Assembly: GCF_009914755.1 (NCBI RefSeq) | Contig: NC_060931.1 | Source: the human T2T-CHM13v2.0 reference genome, Homo sapiens | DNA length: 64,000 bases | Reading direction: 5' to 3' (one strand) | Shown: positions 52,047 to 64,000 of the stretch, in pieces | How positions within the stretch are numbered: the stretch's first letter is position 1 | Layout of the letters: each line of letters starts with the position of its first letter | Notes under the pieces: generated by a model | Databases searched by the model: none | What the model was told of the DNA's origin: nothing | What the model saw: only the letters and a program-made list of their open reading frames with translations | Translations under genes and position numbers: made by a program

Positions 52047-53365
52047 ATCTAGTGTCTTGTCGTCCGTTTTGGCTTTCTCCCTGATTCCAGAATGCAGGTA
52101 GAGATGTAGAGACATGCTCTCAGGACAGCTGTTGAGATAAAAAAATTCGTTGTCATTTATTCCCAAGCACAGCTGTTTCTCATTGCATTGAAAAAGTCTC
52201 CATTCAAACTGCTGTCACATATAAAATCTATTTATGTAAGTCTGTATTTTTCTGTTGTCTTGGCCTTTGTAAGCAGTAGTGTGTTTTAACCGAGCAAACT
52301 GTCCTTCCAAATAATGAAGCTGAAGTCAGCCTACCTACTTGCCATTTTTCTTCCCCTTCCATTTTTGTAACCTCAGAATAATTGTAAGAATGAATTAAGA
52401 TTTGTGTTTAAGGCCAGGCAGTGTCTCAGGCCAGCCTGGGCAACATACTGAGACTCTGTCTTGTATAATTTAATTAAAATTTAAAAAAAGAAGAGAAAAA
52501 GACCTGTGTTTAAAATTTAAAAAAAGGGGGGAAAGTGTAATGCAAAATGTGGACTATGCCAGCTATGATTGGGAAAACTAGTTTTTCATACAACATTATC
52601 TGTAGGCTTGTATTAGCAGCATACTGGTCATAAGCGTTTTGCTTTCCTCAAATATGATGAGGTAAGCTAATTTAAAGTGTGTTGGGGCTTTCTGCCGCGT
52701 GGCTCCTGGAGGTGTTGAGTCCCAATTTAGCCAATTAATTTGGGTTTAGTTTTGACATGGATAAGGGAGACCAGCTTCATTCATGGTGTACACACAGTTT
52801 TGCCAATAAGGAAAAAAAAAGCCACCTGAATATTCCTACTCATTAGATGCTATCTGGAGAGCTCCTACCCCACCCCCACCAAGGCCTGGGCCATTAAAAA
52901 GACTCAATGCAGCCTTTCTGTATCTCATACTGTATTCTGAAAGATACTCCTGTGAAGGAAAGTTGTGCTGCATCGGCCATCTCCCTCCTGAAGATCCCTG
53001 CGGATGAGGATTTGTGTTTTGAACGTTCTGAGAATTCCTGCAACAACAATTCTCAAACTTATTTGTCCATGGGATCTTTTCTTCCACTGAATGTAGTTGG
53101 GGAGACACGGCCTTAAGCCTTGAGCAGAGAAAGAGACAAGAAACTGTTGGCTCACTTACAACCAAGTGTTGTGTTTATGTTTTAGGTTTTTATGAAACTG
53201 AGGTGCTGTTTGAGGTTCTAAATGAAATTGGGTGGTTGAAGAGAGGCTGGTATCCCTGTAGACTTAGCCAGCCATGAGAAGTTGCCTTTTGTTGAAGGAG
53301 GTGTTTTACACAGGGAAATAGGGTGTCTCCTGGGCATCGCATTAGAACTTAAATACATGTATCAC

Positions 53366-54922
53366 TGAAATGAAATGAAATGATGAAATGAAGAAATGAA
53401 ATAATGAGATGAAATGATGAAAGGATGAAATGAAATGAAATGATGAAATGGAATGATGAAATGAAATGATGAAATGATGACATGAAATGGTGAAATGAAA
53501 TGAAATAATGAAATGAAATAAGTGAAATGATGAAATGAAATGATGAAATGATGAAATGAAATGAAAAGATGAAATGATGAATTGAGAAAATGATATGAAA
53601 TGATGAAATGAAATGATGAAATGAAGTGAATGATGAAATGATGAAAAAATGAAATTAAATGATGAATTGATGAAATGAAATGATGAGATGAAAAGGTGAA
53701 ATGAAACGAAATGATTAAATGAAATGAGGAGGTGAAAAGATGAAATGAAATGATGAGATGAAATGAAATGATGAGATGAAGTGAAATGATGAAATGACGA
53801 GATGAAATGAAATAATGCAATGAAAGATGAAATGAGATGAAGTGAAATGATGAAATGTAATGAAATGATGAAATGGAATGATGAAATGAAATGATGAACT
53901 GAAATGGTGAAATGAAATGAGGAAAAGAAATGGAATGATGAAATGAAATGAAGTGAAATGATGAAATGACGAAATGATGAAATGAAAAGATCAAATGGTG
54001 AAATGAAGAAATGATATGAAATCATGAAATGAAATGATGAAATGAAGTGAAATGATTAAATGATGAATTAATGAAATGAAATGAAATGATGAAATGAATA
54101 GATGAAATGAAATGATCAAATGAAATGACGCAATGAAAAGATGAAATGAAATGAACTGATGAAATGACGAGATGAAAAGATGAAATGAGATGAAATGATG
54201 AGATGAAATGAAATCATGAGATGATGAAATGATGAGATGAAGTGAAATGATGAAATGATGAAATGACGAAATGCAACAATGAGAAGAAATGAAATAATGA
54301 AAGGGTGAAATGATGAGATGAAATGATGAAAGGATGAAATGAAAAGATGAAATGAGGAAATGAAATGATGAAGTGAAATGATGAAATGATGGAATGAAAA
54401 GATGAAATGATGAAATGATATGAAATGATGAAATGACATGAAGTCAAATGATGAAATGATGAAATGATGAAATAAATGAAATGATGAAATGAAATGAGAT
54501 GAAATGATGAAATGATGAGATGAAAAGATGAAATGAAATGAGATGAAATGAAATGAGATGAAATGAAATCATGAGATGAAATGATGAAATTAGATTAAGT
54601 GAAATAACGAAATGAAATGTTGAGATGAAGTGATGAAATGAAATGATGAAATGAAGTGCAATGAAATGAGATGAAATGATGAGATGAAATGATGAATTGA
54701 TGAAATGAGATGAAATGATGAGATGAAATGATGAATTGATGAAATGAAATGAGATGAAAAGATGAAATGAAAAGAAATGATGAAATGATGAGATGAAAAG
54801 TTGAGATGATGAGATGAAATGAAATCATGAGATGAAATGATGAAATGATGAGATGAAGTGAAATGATGAAATGAAATGAAATGTTGAGATGATGAAATGA
54901 AAGAATGAAATGAAATGAAATG
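53366..54922. repeat. (GAAAT/GAT)n satellite, array 2 left part
   Basis: Directly visible. Confidence 0.95.
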
Positions 54923-55154
54923 GGAGGAGCCAAGATGGCCGAATAGGAACAGCTCCGGTCTACAGCTCCCAGCGTGAGCGACGCAGAAGACGGGTGATTT
55001 CTGCATTTCCATCTGAGGTACTGGGTTCATCTCACTAGGGAGTGCCAGACAGTGGGCGCAGGCCAGTGTGTGTGCGCACCGTGTGCGAGCCGAAGCAGGG
55101 CGAGGCATTGCCTCACCTGGGAAGCGCAAGGGGTCAGGGAGTTCCCTTTCCGAG

Positions 55155-55370
55155 TCAAAGAAAGGGGTGACGGACGCACCTGGAAAATCGGGTCACTCCC
55201 ACCCGAATATTGCGCTTTTCAGACCGGCTTAAGAAACGGCGCACCACGAGACTATATCCCACACCTGGCTCAGAGGGTCCTACGCCCACGGAATCTCGCT
55301 GATTGCTAGCACAGCAGTCTGAGATCAAACTGCAAGGCGGCAACGAGGCTGGGGGAGGGGCGCCCGCCAT
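55155..55370 (-). CDS. L1 ORF0 (71 aa, intact)
   Basis: MAGAPPPASLPPCSLISDCCASNQRDSVGVGPSEPGVGYSLVVRRFLSRSEKRNIRVGVTRFSRCVRHPFL, exactly 71 aa. Confidence 0.85.
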   Translation of the reverse strand: MAGAPPPASLPPCSLISDCCASNQRDSVGVGPSEPGVGYSLVVRRFLSRSEKRNIRVGVTRFSRCVRHPFL

Positions 55371-55825
55371 TGCCCAGGCTTGCTTAGGTAAACAAAGCAG
55401 CCGGGAAGCTCGAACTGGGTGGAGCCCACCACAGCTCAAGGAGGCCTGCCTGCCTCTGTAGGCTCCACCTCTGGGGGCAGGGCACAGACAAACAAAAAGA
55501 CAGCAGTAACCTCTGCAGACTTAAGTGTCCCTGTCTGACAGCTTTGAAGAGAGCAGTGGTTCTCCCAGCACGCAGCTGGAGATCTGAGAACGGGCAGACT
55601 GCCTCCTCAAGTGGGTCCCTGACCCCTGACCCCCGAGCAGCCTAACTGGGAGGAACCCCCCAGCAGGGGCACACTGACACCTCACACGGCAGGGTATTCC
55701 AACAGACCTGCAGCTGAGGGTCCTGTCTGTTAGAAGGAAAACTAACAACCAGAAAGGACATCTACACCGAAAACCCATCTGTACATCACCATCATCAAAG
55801 ACCAAAAGTAGATAAAACCACAAAG

Positions 55826-60263
<4,438 letters not shown>

Positions 60264-60520
60264 ACAATGAGATCACATGGACACAGGAAGGGGAATATCA
60301 CACTCTGGGGACTGTGGTGGGGTCGGGGGAGGGGGGAGGGATAGCATTGGGAGATATACCTAATGCTAGATGACACATTAGTGGCTGCAGCGCACCAGCA
60401 TGGCACATGTATACATATGTAACTAACCTGCACAATGTGCACATGTACCCTAAAACTTAGAGTATAATAATAAAAAAAAATAAAAATAAAATAAAATAAA
60501 ATAAAATAAAATAAAATAAA

Positions 60521-62426
60521 GAAATGAAATGATGAAATGAGATGAAATGAAATGAGATGAAATGATGAAATGATGAGATTAAGTGACGAAATGAAAAGAT
60601 CAAATGGTGAAATGAAGAAATGATATGAAATGATGAAATGAAATGATGAAATGAAGTGAAATGATGAAATGATGAAATAATGAAATGAAATGATGAAATG
60701 ATGAATTGATGAAATGAAATGATCAAAGGAATGACGAGATGAAAAGATGAAATGAGATGAAATGATGAGATGAAATGAAATCATGAAATGATTAAATCAT
60801 GAGATGAAGTGAAATGATGAAATGACGAAATGCAACAATCAGAAGAAATGATGAAATGAAATAATGAAATGAAAGGATGAAATGATGAGATGAAATGATG
60901 AAAGGATGAAATGAAATGATGAAATGAGGAAATGAAATGATGAAGTGAAATGATGAAATGATGGAATGAAAAGATAAAATGATGAAATGATGTGAAATGA
61001 TGACATGAAATCAAATGATGAAATGATGAAATTATGAAATAAATGAAATGAAATGATGAAATGAAATCAGATGAAATGATGAATTGATGAGATGAAAAGA
61101 TGAAATAATGAGATGAAATGAAATAATGCAATGAAAGATGAAATGATGAAATCATGAAATGTAATGAAATGAAATGTAATGATGAAATGAAATGATGAAA
61201 TGAAATGAGGAAATGAAATGAAACGATGAAATGAAATGATGAAATGATGAAATGAAGAAATGAAAAGATCAAATGGTGAAATGAAGAAATGATATGAAAT
61301 GATGAAATGGAATGAAATGATGAAATGAAGTGAAATGATTAAATGATGAAATAATGAAATGAAATGATGAAATGATTAATTGATGAAATGAAATGATCAA
61401 ATGAAATGACGAGATGAAAAGATGAAATGAAATGATGAAATGAAATGACGAGATGAAAAGATGAAATGAGATGAAATGATGAGATGAAATGAAATCATGA
61501 GATGATTAAATGATGAGATGAAGTGAAATGATGAAATGAGGAAATGCAACAATGAGAATAAATGATGAAATGAAATAATGAAATGAAAGGATGAAATGAT
61601 GAGATGAAATGATGAAAGGATGAAATGAAATGATGAAATGAGGAAATGAAATGATGAAATCAAATGATGAAGTGAAATGATGAAATGATGGAATGAAAAG
61701 ATGAAATGATGAAATTATATGAAATGATGAAATGATGACATGAAGTCAAATGATGAAATGATGAAATGATGAAATAAATGAAATGAAATGATGAAATGAA
61801 ATGAGATGAAATGAGATGAAATGATGAGATGAAAAGATGAAAAGATGAGATGAAATGAAATGAGATGAAATCATGAGATGTAATCATGAAATGAGATGAA
61901 GTGAAATGACGAAATGAAATGATGAAATGAAATGAAACAATGAAATGTGGTGAAATGAAATGAGATGAAATGATGAGATGAAATGATGAATTGATGAAAT
62001 GAGATGAAAAGATGAAACGAAATGATGAGATGAAAAGATGAAATGATGAGATGAAATGAAATGAGATGAAATGAAATGATTAGATGAAATGATGAAATGA
62101 TGAGATGAAATGAAATGAAAGAATGAAATGAAATGAAATGATGAAATGATGAGATGAAATGATGAAATGATGAGATGAAGTGAAATGATGAAATGAAATG
62201 TTGAGATGAAAAGGTTAAATGAAATGAAAGAATGAAATGAAATGATAAAATGATGAGATGAAATGATGAGATGAAATGATGAAATGATGAAATGAAATGA
62301 AATGAGTAAATGGGATGAAATGATGAAATAATGAAATGAAGGATGAAATGAAATGACGAAATGAGGAAATGAAATGAAATGATGAAATGAAATGAAATAA
62401 TGAAATGAAGTGATGAAATAGATGAA
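60521..62426. repeat. (GAAAT/GAT)n satellite, array 2 right part
   Basis: Directly visible; ends GATGAA|CCAAAAATAC. Confidence 0.95.
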
Positions 62427-62520
62427 CCAAAAATACTTACTCATTTTTTTTCTTGGCATCCTTCTAAAAGTATTTTAGTGAGGTTAATTTCTAAAAATAA
62501 ATTGCTATTCAATGGCTATA

Positions 62521-62888
62521 CAGTTGGACTTTGCACCACAGGGGTTTGAACTGTGGATGTCCACTTAGCAAAACCAAGAATTCTACATCGTTTTCCACAC
62601 CCTGCCCATGAAAAGGATGAGGATGAAGACCTGTTTGATCATCTACTTCCATTTAATAACTAGTAAATATATTTTCCTTATGATTTTCTTTTTTCTTTTC
62701 TCTGGCATGTTTTTAAAGAATACAGTATATAAGACATATAACATATTAAATATGTGTTAATTGTGTTATTTGTAAGGCTTACAGTAGGCTATTAGTACTT
62801 AAGTTTTGGGGGAGTCAAAGTTATAGTGGATTTTCTACTGTGCAGGGGGGCCAGCACCCCAACCTCCGTGTTGCTTAAGGGTCAACTG
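62521..62888 (+). mobile_element. Tigger2a/MER28-like MITE
   Basis: Terminal inverted repeats CAGTTGGACTTTG / AAGGGTCAACTG, TA on both sides; internal GATGAGGATGAAGACC..CTTCCATTTAAT. Confidence 0.8.
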
Positions 62889-64000
62889 TACGTGTTATTT
62901 CCTTTCCTGTGAGAGAAAAATGATGAGAAGGTCTTTTCTCCAATAAGTGTCTTCAAAATGTAGCAGATGTGAAATGTGTTGGCGCCAGCATTTTGCGTCT
63001 CACTTTGAAACCTTATTATTTAAAATCGTACTAAAGCCTACCTTACTTTTCCAACCTTAGAAAAAAATGTTCCAAAGAAAAGGGGTGAAACCATGCTAGT
63101 TTGCCCTGAAATTTGAAATTATCTTTTAAAAATATATTTTGACATTAATTACTTCCAAAATAGAGATCAGTTGCATACAAATGGCAGGTCACCCTAATCC
63201 ACCCTATGACTGCACTTAGATTCATGAGGAATTATGCCATCTAGAAAGGGCAGAGAGGATGAATAGAGTGCTCTGCGTCTTGAAATATAAACATGCACAT
63301 AGCCACATGCTTTGATTCTGTTGTCACTGTGTACTTACTGCTAGGAAGAAGGCATGTTTGTGTATTTTTATGCTAATTATTATCCAAGTTGTTAATGATT
63401 TACGCTTTCAGAACCATATAAAGTTTTTTTTTCCTTTCAGATATAAACTATCTTGCATTGTTCTTCTGATCATATGAGGGATAAATTTGCCTAAATATTC
63501 TTCAGACCATAATAGTATGTCCATATAAATGCCAGTAGCAAGAGTAGAATCAACCACAACTGCCTATGTAATTATTTAAAGCATGTCTGCCTACTAGTAA
63601 TTGGCATTTTATATAATCAAGAATCTTTGATATAATAATCTCTCAACTATTTTAAACACGGCTCACATGTATTAATTTTCTATGCAAATATATATATATA
63701 TAGTATCAGTGTATATGAAACTAAATTTTGGACTTTAGAACAGCTTCTTAGAATCCTGACTTAAATGTCTACAGTAATAGTTGTCTTAAAAAAATTTAGC
63801 ACACTGTCACTATGATGAAAAAAGTTACTATAAATTATTTAAAAAATTTTTCCACCCTAACATTTAGAATATTCTCACATTTGTGGTTAAAACCTATTGT
63901 GATTGTTCTTAGAATTTAGATAAAAAATGTTCCAGAAAGTTTGAAGAGAAGCACCTTAGTCAATTTATAGATGTTGAAGCAGGAAGATATGGCATTTCAT

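Larger units (their letters stand above)
48903..54922 (+). repeat. Segmental duplication module, copy 2
   Basis: Colinear with 12340-17570, with the same AluJ, MER30B, FLAM and satellite start. Confidence 0.95.

Noticed and set aside
53366-54922. Assignment to classical HSat2/HSat3
   Set aside because: Dominant unit is GAAAT/GAT, not GGAAT, and no HSat2 CATTCGATTC motif is seen

Overview
Human genomic DNA: it carries a human-specific AluYb8 and an L1HS-Ta element. The window is repeat-dense and looks like pericentromeric segmental-duplication mosaic, with no intact host protein-coding gene visible. The dominant structure is two direct, diverged copies (about 92-95% identical by eye, 36,274 bp apart) of one module. 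Each module runs: ~140 bp unique DNA, a 1.2-1.5 kb GC-rich tandem array (TTTTGCCCCCGCCGCCGCGGCT-like unit), an unprocessed KSR1 5'UTR/exon 1 with ~2.8 kb of putative intron 1, a (GAAAT/GAT)n satellite, and a full-length L1 in the + orientation. The two L1s are independent insertions of very different age. The first is L1PA4-like, keeps the ~129-bp ZNF93-site segment and has no TSD. The second is L1HS Ta-1nd, with an ORF1 deletion that makes a TAATG stop-start overlap, an intact ORF0 and an intact endonuclease frame. The DNA between the modules holds old L1M/L2/LTR/DNA-transposon remnants, Alus, a twin-primed inverted L1PA2 inside an Alu and a ~680-bp polypurine tract. Repeat family names and KSR1/L1 reference sequences are recalled from memory, not from a search.
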